A stretch of DNA of 64,000 nt. Source: the human T2T-CHM13v2.0 reference genome, Homo sapiens. The position numbers and the translations under genes are program-made. The DNA lies in NCBI RefSeq assembly GCF_009914755.1, contig NC_060935.1; one strand, 5' to 3'. Positions 28,268 through 43,509 of the stretch are shown here, in pieces. A model generated the notes under the pieces. The model ran no database searches. It was not told the DNA's origin and worked only from the letters and a program-made list of their open reading frames with translations. Position 1 is the stretch's first letter, and every line of letters starts with the position of its first letter.

Positions 28268-30854
28268 TGTAGAGTCTCAGTTTGCCTATAATATTTATAT
28301 TGCACAATAATACATTTACTTATTTTTTACTTATTGAAATATGCCACTTGTTTTTAAATAGCATGTAAGATGCAGATATTTGCACTTTTAATTGATATGC
28401 CAGGCAGGAGATTTACTGCTCTCAACAGGTATTAAGAGGTAGGAAAGCTGCCCCCCGGCAAGTTTCTTAGCACTGTGGAACTGATCCTAGTGCCATGGTG
28501 AGTAAGTGGCAGACCTCAGATTCACACCACGTCTCTGACTCCCAATAAACCACACTGTCCCCCCACCCCCAACCCTCATGGTGATTAAAATGATTACTAT
28601 GTACACACAAAATATATTAGGTTACAGGTTTTTTGTTTACAATTCTAAGCTTCTAAGCTCTGTTCATTTGTATCTTCATAATTTGGGGGCCTATGAAGGA
28701 TTGTTTATCCCTAAATTGAAAGCAAGCAAACTAACAAAAAATGAGATCAAACATTGTCAGAGACGGTTGTTCAGTTAATCCAAGCATTCAACAAGGGTTA
28801 TAAATACGGCATAGAAGACTAGGGGGAAAAATCCAAGTTTTTGATAAATTGTCCTCAAAGCTAAACTGTTTCTTAGCAAAGTGAGAAAAGGCATAATGTT
28901 CCCAAGACCAAATTTAATCTATACATTCTTGGTAAGACCTTATTTTTCTCCTCTTTCCATTAAGTTTAAGGTTTCCTTCTGCTTCTTGCACTAATCATTA
29001 ATAACTATACTGTTGTCACAGCTCAAAACTTTCCTATTGACACTTCAGTCATTTTTAAAGATCTTGAATGTTCAACCTCTATGAAGCTAACCTTTTGCAC
29101 TCTATTAAAATTTAAGAACCATTTGATTCTCAGTGAATGCCCCAGCTACTGGATCATGAAAGCATTACCTTGTGCCAAGGGCATGATGCAGAACACTCAT
29201 TCCTTTTTAACAAATAAGAAGAAGTTTGACTTTTCATTTACACATCCTGCCAATTGCTAACAAGTTTCCATCTCGTTCAAACACCAGATTGATCCTAAGA
29301 AATTGAAAATATTGATTTAACCCTCTGTCTGATTTGTACTGCAGGCACCTGCTAGTGCAGTCTTAGCACATTACAATTGCTTGGCTGTAATTCCTCAGGG
29401 GACCACTAATAACTACCACATCTGTCTTTTCATCTTCCGAAATTATGCTAGCAGTTGTCCAAGTCAATTGTGATTCATTTGATACTGCTCTCCTTCAAGA
29501 CATATTGCAACCAAATAGACTTGCTCACCAGTAATATATCTGATGACATAGTTAGTTCTTGTTAATTGACAGAATGATTCAGGCTTTTATGGATGGCATT
29601 AATTGGTCCCTTGTGTCCATGCAATAATTGACCAGACAGAGAAGGCAGCATTTTCTTTCACCAAGTCAGGAGAGTTTTGAGGTGAGATAAATGTAGTAAG
29701 GATGACAAAATGTCTATATTTTTAATCAAGACTTTATCAATGAGTTGAAAAAAGAAGATTTGGGGGGAATTCAGATCATCTTAATTATGAACATTGCATT
29801 GCAGCCTGCAGAGATGTGCTGAAATGCAGGTCTGCCTTCTCTTTGGCCTCCTTGTGCTGAATATTTTAATGCAGGGTACAACATGAATCTAATATATGCA
29901 AAGCAGAAGAGTGCTGTACCTGAACTAAGATAATGAAAAAGGAGAACTATAAGTAGCTTTGTTTTTCTTTTGACATTCATCATTAGTGACCCAATAGACT
30001 GGGCATGTAAAATCTGAAAATGTGGAATTTGCATTACCTCCTGCTTGCTGAGAGAGCCAGAACGTTAGTTACATTTACTCCTGTTGCCATGCTACTAAAA
30101 AAAAAAGCGTTGGTTCCTTTTTTCCTACAGGATAAAGTTTTCATATATAACAATTTTCACAAACTGCCTCCACCATTTATTCTTCCTTCCCATTTGGTCA
30201 CACAGAATTAATATTTCCAAGTTATGGTACCATTTTGTCCCTTTTTTGTACTTAGTATGCTCTTTCTTTAATTAGTCATTTTATAGATTCCCACTCATTC
30301 TTCAAGAATCCCATAGGTGCCTCCCGAATTTCTCAAACCAAATTAGCTGCCCCCTCCTTGTGTTTACTCATTTGGTTGCTTATTTCCCCAACTAGACCTT
30401 GAGCTTGCCTTGGGCGTGGGCTGTGTCTGTTTGCTTGACACAGGCAGTTATGTAAGGACTTAATAAATGTTTATGGAATTGAGTTGCAATTGTTGCATTT
30501 TGAGGAATGAGAATTTAAGATTTGAATCCGAGAGAGATGACTTGGATCAAACTAGATGTCAAGCAACCTGTACTTCCAATGTGAATAAGTGGCTGACGAC
30601 CAGCCCTGGGGAATAATTATAATTTGGTGTAAAACAAACCATTTGAGGTGTGGAAGATGAATTAGTCAGTTGACGTTTGTAGAGGGGAGGGTGAGATATG
30701 AGTTATGTGGAATAGATTTTCTGGTGTTTGATTTACTTAGACTATTCTTTTTAAATCATTTGTCACATAGGATAGACAGTGGCTGTAACAGATATCCATG
30801 GAAACTTTGGACTTGTGAACATCTGACATGACCTCCTTTTAAGGGCAGTGCAAT

Positions 30855-31060
30855 CTGACAGACCTGGGCTGAAATCCCAGTGCTACCATTTATTAGATTT
30901 GTGTTTTGAGTGAGCTCCTTAATTGGTCTGAGGCTGTTTCCTCATCTGTAAAATGAAAATAATGACAGCCTCTGTTGACTTTTATGATAGTGGAGAGAGA
31001 TGTATGGGAAGTGTGTTGCACAACGCCTGGTGGTATACAGTAGACACTTGATAAATGGTA
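30855..31060 (+). mobile_element. MIR
   Basis: cagacctgggctgaaatcccag...gtttcctcatctgtaaaatg. Confidence 0.8.
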
Positions 31061-31080
31061 CCTGTTACCAATTAAAGATA

Positions 31081-31366
31081 TTTTTTGTTTGTTTGTTTGT
31101 GTGTTGTTTTCTTGTAGGGATGGGGTCTCACAGTGTTGCCCAGGCTGGTCTTGAACTCCTGGGCTCCAGCGATCATCCTGCCTCAGCCTCCCAAAGTATT
31201 GGGATTACAGAGGTTCACACCTCTGTGCCCACTCTTTTTTTTTTTTTTTCTTAATTTTAAGTTTGTTTGTAGAGGTGGGATCTTGCTGTGTTGCCCAGGC
31301 TGGTCTCAAATTCTTGGCCTCAAGCTATCCTCCTGCCTTGGCCTCCCAAAGTGCTGAGATTACAGA
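31081..31366 (-). mobile_element. Two tandem FLAM/Alu left-monomer-like elements
   Basis: Two successive antisense left-arm sequences (about 31081-31231 and 31235-31366), each with its own T-rich tail. Confidence 0.8.
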
Positions 31367-31814
31367 GCAATTATAGATAAGTTTTGACTCTGTTTCTTCC
31401 TGAGAGTTCTGAAAGGCAGAGGGTAAATACAATTGTGTATATAGAGAAAATGCTTTAGAGTTTTGTGATTTTTTTATATTGCCTCTAGTTGCACAAGGCT
31501 GACCATGTCTCTGTGACAATATATATCACTTTCATGGGGTTCAGAGCTTCTTGTTATAGCTCAGGAAGTTACAGAGGGAGATTGGGAGCTAATGCACCAA
31601 AACCGGCAGTGAGTATGTGTAATGGGGTCAAACCTTGTTGGTTTTTTTTAGCTACAAAGCAGCAGATCGGCCACTGTGATAGAATTTGATTTTTACTGGT
31701 TTGGGATAGATTCCTGGTGATGCTGATAGTTTATTACCCAATGTAGGTCTAGAATTTATACTTGCAGAGCATTTTCATATTTGTGGGAGAATAAATTTAT
31801 TTGGCTCTGAGGTT

Positions 31815-32088
31815 GGTTGGTTGGTTGGTTTGAGAAGGAGTGTTGCTCCGTCACCCAGGCTGGAGTGCAGTGGCGCAGTCTCGGTCACTGCAGCTTCAGC
31901 CTCCCAAGTAGGTGGAATTATAGGCTCGTGCCAGCACACCCGGCTAATTTTTTTTTTTTTTTTGTATTTTTAGTAGAGTAGGGGTTTCGCAATGTTGACC
32001 AGGCTGGTCTCAACTCCTGGCCTCATGTGATCCGCCCGCCTTGGCCTCCCAAAGTGTTGGGATTATAGGCGTGAGCCACCGTACCCGG
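31815..32088 (-). mobile_element. AluS with internal deletion and (AACC)n-converted tail
   Basis: TSD tggctctgaggtt at 31802-31814 and 32089-32101; part of the right arm is missing. Confidence 0.9.
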
Positions 32089-32304
32089 TGGCTCTGAGGT
32101 TTTTAAATGGTAACACTTAAGTAAACAAACTCTAGTTTCTTTCTAACATATGGCTGGCCTAGAAGAATGTGTTATTTTTTCATAATCTACAGGTAGAGAA
32201 ATAGAAGAAGAGAACTTCTATTCAAAGAGGCAAACTCAGGGATTCTGAATGCCTTAATGCTGCTATTTGGAGTTTTATTTGAAAGCATTAATATTTTCTT
32301 TTTG

Positions 32305-32600
32305 GGGGTGGATGGAGAAAGGAGAGGTCTTAGTCAACGGGTACAAAGTTTCAGTTAGGAGGAATAAGTTCTAGTGATCTCTTGCACAGCATAGTGACTA
32401 TAGTTAATAATAATGTGGCGTATATTTCAAAATTGCCAAAAGACTAGGTTTTAAATGTTCTCGTCACAAAGAAATGATAAGAATATGAGGTGGCAGATGT
32501 GTTAATTAGCCTGATTTAATGATTCTGCAATGTATACATATATGATAACATCATATGATATCACAAATTTATCTGTCAGTTAGAAGCAAAATTAAAAAAA
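32305..32600 (+). mobile_element. L1M (L1MA/MB-type) 3' end
   Basis: gggtacaaagtttcagttaggaggaataagttctagtgatct...catagtgactatagttaataataat. Confidence 0.88.
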
Positions 32601-32609
32601 GATCTTTTA

Positions 32610-32940
<331 letters not shown>

Positions 32941-33913
32941 TCACTTAGTGTAGTGTGGATGAGTTCAACTAGACTGCTTCCTCCTAACCCCAAACTGGAA
33001 TCGTTATGTTGCGAGCATGAGACTTTAGCTTGGAGGAGAGAGCGGGTTTGGTAATTTTGGAACCTGGTAAACTTTAGGGGCCTTAGTAAATTTCAAATAT
33101 ATGCTACAGGATTGCTAATTATAGTCAACTTGCTGTATATTAAAGCTCCAGAATGTATTTATTTTTGTGCCACCTTTCAGTTTCTGATTTCAGTCCCTGG
33201 AAAACCACCCATTCTTGTGCTGACTATTCCACCAACTAGTTTATCTGCCTTAGAGGTTATTTTGGTAAACTTTCACTGCATCACGGACTTAGCAGGGTAA
33301 AAGTCGGAGAGTAATGGTACATTTGTCATAACAAGAAAAAGCGGATCTATTTTTCTTTGGCAAAGATCACCTTTGGAAAGTGTTGTATTATGAAATGCAG
33401 AGTTAAATACAACTAACTCAGCTTTGATGTGTCCTTTGTTAACGTTCAGCCTCTAAGCGCAAGTTGATTAATGATGCACATCCCACAGTGACTTTTTCTC
33501 AAGCCCAGCAAACTCATATATACCCTAGTGTATAAAAGCAAACAACTTAATTAACTTACTCTTCATCCATAATTATCTTGAAATTAACTACTTATAATGT
33601 CCAAAAGTTTATGCTGCAAGCATATTTAAAAATCTGTTGAGAGTAAAAGGGACGGTATAATTGGTTACCCTCTTCCTTTCTTGCCCACTTAGCTATTAAT
33701 ATGAAAAGTAGCTACTCCCCTCATACTCTTTGGCTGTGTGCTTAAAATTATTATTATTTTAATTTCTGCAAACACTCAAGAAAAGGGCTTTCTGTTATTT
33801 TTTCATTGAGCCCCTGCCCTGGGCCAGGCATCGGGTCCTCAGTAACGGACAGGGCAGTTTTGGCTACTGTTCTCAATGAGATTAGAGTCTCTTTGGAAGC
33901 TACAGATAGGTTA

Positions 33914-34120
33914 TACTAGTCTGGTAGGGCTGCCATAATAGAATACTGGGTGGATTAAACAACAGAAATTAATTTTCTCCCAGTTCTGCAGCCTGGAAGC
34001 CCAAGAGATCAAGGTATTAACAGGTTTAGTTACTCCTGGTACCTCTCTCCTTGGCTTGTAGATGGCCGTCTTCTCATTGTGTCCTCACACGGCCTTTCCT
34101 TTGTGTTCACGCATCTCTGG
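33914..34120 (-). mobile_element. MLT1-type MaLR LTR fragment
   Basis: ggctgccataa...ttaaacaacagaaattaattttctcccagttctg...gatcaagg...ttggcttgtagatggcc...gtgtcctcaca. Confidence 0.85.
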
Positions 34121-34319
34121 TCTCTCTTTCTCTCCTTCTTCTTCCTTCTTCCTTCTTTCTCCTTTCTCCCTTCTCCCTTCTCCCTTCTCCCTTCTCCTTT
34201 CTCCTTCTCCTTCTTCTTCTCCTCCTTCTTCTTCTTCCTCCTCTTCCTCTTCTTCTTCCTTCTCTTCCTCTTCTTCCTTCTTCTTCCTTCTTTCTTCCTT
34301 CTTCTTTTTTTTTTTTTTT
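34120..34319. repeat. About 200-nt pure polypyrimidine (CTT/CCTTCT) tract
   Basis: Seen directly; continuous with the adjacent Alu tail. Confidence 0.95.
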
Positions 34320-34596
34320 GAGACTGAGTTTTGCCCTTGTTGCCCAGGCTAGAGTGCAATGGCGCGATCTCATCTCAGTGAAACCTCTGCCTCCAGAGTT
34401 CAAGCGATTCTCCTGCCTCAGCCTCCCAAGCAGCTGGTGCCTGCCACCACGCCCGCTAATTTTTTTGTATTTTTTTAGTAGAGACTGGTTTTCACCATGT
34501 TGGCCAGGCTGGTCTCGAACTCCTGACCTCAGATGATCTGCCCTCCTGGGACTCCCAAAGTGCTGGGATTACAGGTGTGAGCCACCGTGCCCAGCC
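34305..34596 (-). mobile_element. AluSp/Sq-like
   Basis: gagttttgcccttgttgcccaggctagagtgcaatggcgcgatct. Confidence 0.93.
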
Positions 34597-35628
34597 TAAT
34601 CTATGGGATTTTGAAGACAATACTGTCACTTAATGACTTACAACACATCCTCATGAGACCTAATAACAGAAGTTCTGGGTTCTGTGTTAATACGGGACTT
34701 CCTTTTGTGAAACTTGTAATACACTCAGGAGAAATGTGTGACAAATAGGATTCTACTTTTTAGGGGCATTTGGAGCACTGTATTGTCCTTGGGTAATAAT
34801 GCTTAATGTGGACGATGCTACATGGCCTCCAAGAATATCCCTAGGCCCTTGATCCTTTAAGGGAGAAAACCAACCTTTACTTTTCGATTGTGTAATTGTG
34901 ATCAGAATAGCCTCTGAGATATAAATTCCAAATATATCTGAATTGGTTTTCTTTAATTAAGAATACTTTTGGATTCAAATCATACTGGCAGCAAATTAAA
35001 GACATGTTTCATGTGTTTACTAAATGTTAATGATGGGATTACTTTGAAGATAAATTTTAACATTTTAAGTAAAACGTTCATGTAAAACAAAAGTTTATTA
35101 TAGATTGGTTTTAAAATGAGCACTGCTTCAGAGTCAGGATATTCTTAGTAAACCCACAAGTGTTGTGGCCTTGTGCACGTCTTTTGGTTTCTTTTTGCTT
35201 TCATTTTGTCATCAGCAAAATTGAAATTGTTAGATGAAATTGTCTCTAAAGTGTTTTCTAGAGCCAAACATTTCTGATTCTCTAATATTAAAGTCTCTAA
35301 GAGAGTTTCTCTAAGCCCAGGCAGTACAGTTAAAAATATTTTCGTTGTTTGCTTGTTGGTTATAGAGTGATAATATTTTGCAATTAGGAAGCTTGGATGA
35401 GAAACCACACACGTGACATAAAATGGTTTCTCAACAGAAAATCTGTGCCGCTCAAACTGGGGAAACAGACTTATAAATTCCTTTTGACAAAAGACACGTC
35501 ACCACACAAGCAAGTTAGGACAGAACTCTGAGCATTGTTTTTCATAGACTTGGGACAATTCCCAAATATTCTTTTTTCTCAAAACAATATTTTTCATTCC
35601 AATTTACTTATTAAAAAAAAAAACTGGG

Positions 35629-35952
<324 letters not shown>

Positions 35953-36009
35953 TCACGAGCTTCAGAAAGAAATACTGCATCCACTCTGTCCACATGTTTC
36001 TGGCCTGTC

Positions 36010-36450
36010 CATTCAGTTAACAGTTATTATGTCCCAGGTGCTAGGCTGTGTCCTGGGGACTGAGGTAACAGAAATTACAGGATAAAGCTCCTGCCGTGTA
36101 GTAGTACTTTAGGGAGTAGTAGAGATGTTGGTTGGGAAAGAAGTGATGCCAGAATGTGGCGGGGGTTATCAGAGCAGGTTCAGAACGTAAGGAGCACGAC
36201 CAGGGAATCACTAACTTCGCGTAATGGAAGGGTTTGTTTCAGTTGGATATTAAAAGATGAATAGAAATTTGCAGGCAGCAACAAGAGTTGGCATTCTAGG
36301 TGTAGTAGGGGACTATATGATAGAAAGCCCACATTGAAGGTAATGTGGTAAGACTCATTAATCTAAGAAAGATCCTTCTGGTTGTAGCCTTAAGGAAGGG
36401 TGAGAGTGGGAACAGATGGAAAGTAAGGAAAACAGTTCGGAGGCAGCTTT
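36010..36450 (-). mobile_element. L2 fragment
   Basis: cattcagttaacag...tatgtcccaggtgctaggctgtgtcctggggac...aagatccttctggttgtag. Confidence 0.6.
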
Positions 36451-36465
36451 AAGAGACCAGAAACG

Positions 36466-36926
<461 letters not shown>

Positions 36927-39900
36927 TCAGTGTTGTGCTGGTAAATATAACCTCCTGTAATTAAATTGTAAAGAGGTCAGTCCAAATTCATGTACTGGGG
37001 TTGATCGTTTCTGCGTAATAGTCTTTCACTTAACTTTTACTCATTTTCACTTTCACGAAATAAATGGCCGTGTCTTAGCCTGGGGGCCTAGGTCTGGGGT
37101 TCGGCTGTGTGCTCTTCCTGCAGTTTGGAAGTGCCGTCTATGTTAATAGATATTCCCAACTCTGCAGATCTTCTCTCGAGGCTGAAGGGGCCCCATTCCT
37201 ATCAGAAGCCTCTCATTTTTCTCTGAGGTAGAAAAACTAAGGCATAGACTTCATAGGGAAGTTTATATGCAAATGGTGGCTTTCTGCACGGGCCCCTGTG
37301 AGTGGAGTGGGATGAGATACCCAGTGGCTTTCAGAGTTCTGGTGGATATTTGATTGCTCTCCATTGGTAGTAACTTTATTGCTTTTATAGGGAGAGTTGT
37401 ACTGGAAATTTGCCCTCCCTGTCCTTCAGCTGGTTTGTTCCCAAGCCAGACCTGTCTGAAAATTGAAATGGAATACTTTTTCTCATCTCAAGTTATCAGT
37501 TGTAGCTGTCAGGAATTTGTTACTGTCTGCTAAAGCCTTTTAACATGAAAATACGCTAAGGGCAGTGCATGTGTGAGTCATGTGGGAAGTTACATTATTT
37601 TATGGATGCAGAGAGGGACACAGACCCAGATTTATTCATAGGTGAAAGGGGAAAAGGAACAGAATTTAAAAGGGAAATCCTGAAAAATATGTAGCCTCTG
37701 TGGCTCTGCCTCTTTTCCTACCTGCGTCTCTTATACACCATGGATAGAATGTAAGCTCAGTGGGTACAGAAGAGCTGTCTTTTTTCCCTCCTTTGGTCTT
37801 CTTAGCTGTCCCCACCAGGCCATGCCTATAATCGGTGCTTAGCAAGCTACTGGCTTAAGAGAGTCTCTGTCTGCTGTGAGTGCAGCTCCTGAGATGGTGG
37901 GGATGGATGCTGGTTAGGAAGTGTGTTCGCTGCCTTAGCATAAAGAATAAGTACAGTTTTTCTCGATTATTTTTCTCCAAGGGAAACTCAATGGGGAATG
38001 TCGGTTTCATGCTGTTCTTGGAGGGGTTGGTTTAGAATTCTCTCTGGCTTTTCTGAGAATCCCTCCACATTCCCCCTCCAGGCTGCTGTCATGGTAGCTG
38101 CCCTTCTTTCAGCTACTTGCATTTTTTGGGAGATATGCCATCTTCCTTCAGTTTGCACCCTGGTAGCTTAGCTCCTTCAGTGTTTAGAGGGAAATGGGAG
38201 ATGGAGAATCGAAGCACACTAGTGCTTTCTGGTGTTCTCTGCATGTGTTTGGAAGGAATGTAAAAGTAGCTAGGGCTTATCGTGGTATCATAGCATTATA
38301 GGGTATGAGACCTTTGGGGAAACTGAGGCTCACAAAGGCTGATAACTTTACCTAGAGTCAGTGACTGCTAATGGCAGACTCCTAGCGTCTGTACTTTTCC
38401 ACACTTACCCGTTCATATGAAATAGTCTGGGAAGGTCTCTTTTAAAATGTATCGTGACCTCTCCTATAAACCTCAAGGTTACATATGTTAAAGAAATGTA
38501 GTCGGCTTTCCTCATGTGCCGAATTCTGAATCAAGCTTACCCAAACCCCCAAATCATTTCCACAGAGCAGAGGAAAAAAACAAAACAAAACAAAACAAAA
38601 CAGGCAAATGTGAATCATGGGAACCTATTATAATGATATATAGCTTGTCATAACACATTATAATATTACAGCAAATGTATTTAACTCACTGAACGTTCTC
38701 AGGGGGCTCTTAGCTCCCTTTAAAAGTGTTCTCCAAATCTCTGCAGCAAGATGGAGCTGCCTAGTCCACCTCACTTTTGACCAAACCACCGTTACGAGAA
38801 TACCTATTGAAAACCCTTACACTGTTGCTGTTTCCCTGGGCTTAAAAGTATGTTTGGTTTTGTCAGTACCTGGAAACAGGAAGTTGAGATTTGAGGAGAA
38901 ATCTTTGGCAGTTGTGCACTAAGCTTGCGGGAGTTAGGAGTCTGTTGCCACGGAAACCACACTGCTGCCTCATTTATTAATGGAGGCTTGGTGAACTTCC
39001 GGAGATACTCTTAGCCTGTCCTGTAAATTCATTCTAGAGAAATGCAGGGTGACTTTTAAGAGATTTCTCTGTCGTTTCTCAAGCATTCTCTCCTGGGTCT
39101 TCATGAGCTCCAGAAAATTGCTTGTATGCAGGTTCAGAACCACTGATTTTTATCTGGCAAGCATGTCTGAAGGCCGTTTCCTTTTTTTCATGCTTAAATC
39201 GTGTTTATGCCTGCCTGCCTTGTCCAATAAGTGAATTTTTTTTTATTATGCTGCCTTTAAGAATTACATGGATTTCAAATGAAGGAAGAAGGAATACAAA
39301 AATGAACTAAGTAAATATATTGAAAACCTTCTGACACTAACTTTAAGAGAGTTATAAGCATCAAAGCCTTTTCTAACTTTTAAAATTCTAAACTTAAAAA
39401 ATCTAAAATGAATGGTTTATTTCTTCTAATTCCAGTGAGATACTTTAAGAACATTTGTCTGAGACATTTTCAAATTTTGTTCTAATTTCACTAAACTAAC
39501 TCTATTCTGCTAGGCAGAGTAACAGCATTGGAAGTTGCTTCCAGGAAAAAAAAAATTTTTTTTCTAGCTAATTGTTTATCTGGGAGGATGCAAATGGTGG
39601 TTTTAAGTCCTTTAAGTCATCCATCATGCCTGGCAGCCTCTATTGTCTCATTGTTGGATTTGAGCCAAGTCAGGCCCTTTCTTGGTCTTGGGAGGGTGCA
39701 CATAGATCTTGCTCTGCCAAATCTGTGTTCACAAGGAGTCCGAGCCCAGCTCTAAGGGTAGGTAATGTTGTCAGATCTATAGATCCCCTCAGATTGGAAA
39801 AGATCATGCATCCTCGTTCCTTATGTCACACTAAAGTAGAAAGTAGCACTCTATTCAAAGTAGAAGTGACAGGACTTGTTCCCTCAGTTCTTCCAGTGTC

Positions 39901-41469
39901 TACGAATTACTGTTAGTTTTTAAACGCATTTTTGTGGATGTAATAAAATACTGTTTATAGTCAGCTACGAAGTAAGTAATTACAATGCGGGAAATGAAAT
40001 TCAATATAGCTTTGTTGTGGTTTTTTGAATTTTAATTAAACCAGTCTTAGAGTAAATTATAAATGCTGCTGCTTTTGTTGTGACAAGTGACATTGACAAA
40101 ATATTAATCTAATGGATTGTTATTCACAAAAGCTAAATCTTTTCAAATCTGCAGGGTTTGGTTGTTTATTTTGTTTTACTTTTCAGTTTGTGTTTTAAAA
40201 AGTCTAGAGAAAAGAATAAAGTTTTAAAACCACATGAAATAACTCCATGTATGGAATATTTCATTGTTGATGTCTTGCCAGCCATAATTGCATGCATCTC
40301 ATTTATGGCGCTGAAAACTTGTTCTTTTTAAAAATCAGATGTTTCTGTGGTCACTTTTTTGTTATTAAAACTGGAGCCGGGTTAAATAACCAACCATTGA
40401 CCATGAAGCCTAATATTAAAGGAATAATCAGCCCATGTTCCTATTAGATCATTTCCGTTTTCTTTTACTTTATAAATTACCTTGTTGCTTAAAAATGACA
40501 TTTTGTTGGTTGTGAAGTCCTCTTATAGCTAAATTATTCAAGTTATTTTCTTTGGAGATTCTTTTAACTTGAATTTATATAAACTGTAAAGAATGTACAT
40601 TAAATATTCAGAAACTTTTCTTTATGCCAGTTTCTTATTTTCACCCATCATGACTTAAAGCTTTTTTTTGTTTTAGCATTTTAATGTTTAAATAAATGTA
40701 AATAATTTAGTTACAAGGTCTTTATGGTAGTGCCGCCATTGTTTTTAAGAAGACAAATTTTAATCCAAGGTTAAAAACTTCACATTTGCTTATCTCTTTT
40801 TCCTCTTAAGAACTAAGAGTCCAGAGATTAGAGTAAAATCACCTTTTCCTCATAGTTTTTTCTTTCAACGTGTTAGAAATTCCTGTTTGAAAAGGAAAGC
40901 CAGTTCCTCCCCCTTTTTATGTTTGAGGGGATGATGGTAAAATCACATTATTCAGTCAGTTTCCACATGTGATTTGTTGCCTATATTTTTTAATCCAGGG
41001 ATTAAATTGTTGCCACCACCAGCATCAAATCATTGGGGGGCAGGGGTGGGGAAGGTGCGAGACAGTTGGTTATAGACATCCAAATATGACGACAGAAAAA
41101 TCTCCACAGCAATATGGCAGTGGAGCATTTGCTGACTTCAGAGTGCCAGATCAACCCCAATATTTTTTTCAGGGATGCTAAACCTCTTGTAACTGCTAAA
41201 TTGGATTTGTTACTGAATGAAGTATCAGCTGCTGTTGGACAAGACCATAAAAGCCAGCCGGCTGGCCCTTTGTAGGCAGGGCTTACCCAACGATTGATAT
41301 GTTTTAGCACTTTTGGGATTATTGTGATTAAGAGGAAACCATTCTGAATGAGTGAGCAAAGGGGGTAAGGACACACAGCCCACAGCTGGTGAGCAGCATG
41401 TGTTGGCTCCAAGGAAGTCACCATTATGGCTTTCTCCTGGTTCCTGCCCTGATTGACGTGTATGAAATC

Positions 41470-41770
41470 TTTTTTTTTTTTTTTTTTTTTTTGGAGACAG
41501 GGTCTCGCCTGTCGCCCAGGCTAAAGTGCAGTGGCGCAATCTTGGCTCACTGCAACCTCTGCCTCCTGGATTCAAGCAATTCTCTGCCTCAGCCTCCTGA
41601 GTAGCTGGGACTACAGGCACCCACTACCATGCCCGGCTAATTTTTGTATTTTTAGTAGACACGGGGTTTCACCATCTTGGCCAGGCTGTTGTTGAACTCC
41701 TGACCTCAAGTGATCCACCCTCGGCCTCTGAAATTGCTGGGATTACAGGCATGAGCCACTGCGCCGGGCC
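41470..41770 (-). mobile_element. AluS
   Basis: Full antisense dimer. Confidence 0.94.
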
Positions 41771-43509
41771 TAGAATTTTTATATGAGGAAGTGGTGTCCT
41801 TATTTTCTCCAGTTGCAGCTCTCTCTGCAGGGAAAGAGACATTTGGAATGTTGTGGACTTGAGAACTCTGAATGCTTTCAAAGCACTATCGTGTGTGTGT
41901 GCGCACACGCACACACAGTAGCTAGAAGTGTTAGTCTAGCACAGGAGTTAATTGAGTTAATGTGTAGGGAATTCAGTAATAACAACAGAGCGTCCTCTTT
42001 CATTTCCCAGATCCAAAGCTCTGTGACATGCATTAACAATATACCTCCATGTAGTTTGTGTCTCAGTCTGTGTACACGTGTGTGATGGCTAAATGGGAAC
42101 TGCACAGCCAGTGGATTTGTGAACTTGAGCACTTGCACCTGGCTAAGGGTTTATTAAGTGTGGAAACCGTACTGTTGTTGTAAAACAGTTTTCATCTCAA
42201 GAACCACCTGCCCCTTTTAGCGGTGGCCTTTTGCACGTGTCTTGCACTAGCCAAGACAAGTCTATCCAAGAGGGAGCTTGTGGAGTAGGTTGGTGTTTGA
42301 ATCTTTCCCAGTACTCCCAAATGCACATAGAATTGGTCGCCTCTCTGGGTGTCCCAGGGGGCTGTGCCCCGCTCATGTTCAGAGTTTGCTCAGCATACCA
42401 CACAGGAAAGAGGCCGGCTTGCCAGGTCCTGCGGAGCGCCTTTCCAAGCCTGTGAAAGGCACGAATCATCCAGCAGCCGAGCATGCTTACAGCTGGCCCT
42501 TTGCTAGCTTTGATCTGCGAATCAGGCCACACCATGAATGCACTTATTGTCATGTTATGTGTACACAGTGTGTGAATTATTGAAAATAGGGAGGCCTGAG
42601 CCTCATCTGGTAGAGATTACAGTGCAGGCATGCTGGGCGAAGGTCTGTAATTGAAAATCCCCAGATGCTGTTTATTTGGCCTTTGTCACATGACCTGCTG
42701 CAGGAAGATTGTCTGAACAAAATGTTGCCTGCATGGAGAGTGGAGCCCGCCCTCCCCCACCCCCCAGAGCCTCCACAGGCTCAGTCTGTGCACAGCTTAA
42801 ACACCTGCCCAAAGGATTTTTAAAGGCTTAAAATAGATTCACTCATAGCATTTAAATAGAGGGCATCTTGCTTGTTGGTTTAAACTGCTTAAGCGGTTGT
42901 TGACTTGTGGAACCTTCTATCCACACAAGGGTTTGCTGGATAATTTCACTCTGAGATATCTTTACAAAGCAACATTCAGGGCCCGAGCCACATAAGTAGT
43001 TTGGGCTCTGCCTTTTTTTTTTTAGAAGTCAAACTTCTGTGTGGTGAATGAGCTTGCAGATAAAGCTGTGTTGACTGTATATATTCCTTCTGTCTGTAGA
43101 AAATATTGTGGGTACTGAGAATAAGGCCCTGAGTTAGCATGTCTGACTTCCGTTTGTCCAGTTCATTCTTACCTATTCTGCCTATAAACAAGTTGAGGTG
43201 TTTCTTAGAAAATTTGTTTTTCTCAATTAAATGCTGAATGTTATGCTCTCTGTCAGTGGTGGATTGAAGTAGGATACTAAATCTGAAATTGATGAAGATC
43301 ACAAGAATTAAAAACAGGGAAGATTGAGCTAATTTTGAAGTAAGAAGGGCTTTAAGCTTTCCAGGTTCATTCTGTTAGGGAACAAAACAGCCACATGTCC
43401 TCTTTCATTGCCAGTCTGTCTCAGCTGTGCTTGTGGCTTCCTCTTTGATTTCTTGGAGCTTAAGAAGAGGAAAGATTCATGGGTATTTCTGCATTCCATA
43501 AGCATCCAA

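Noticed and set aside
34030-34536. Long K/R/E-rich and S/F/L-rich ORFs
   Set aside because: They are translations of the (CTT)n tract plus Alu sequence, not genes.
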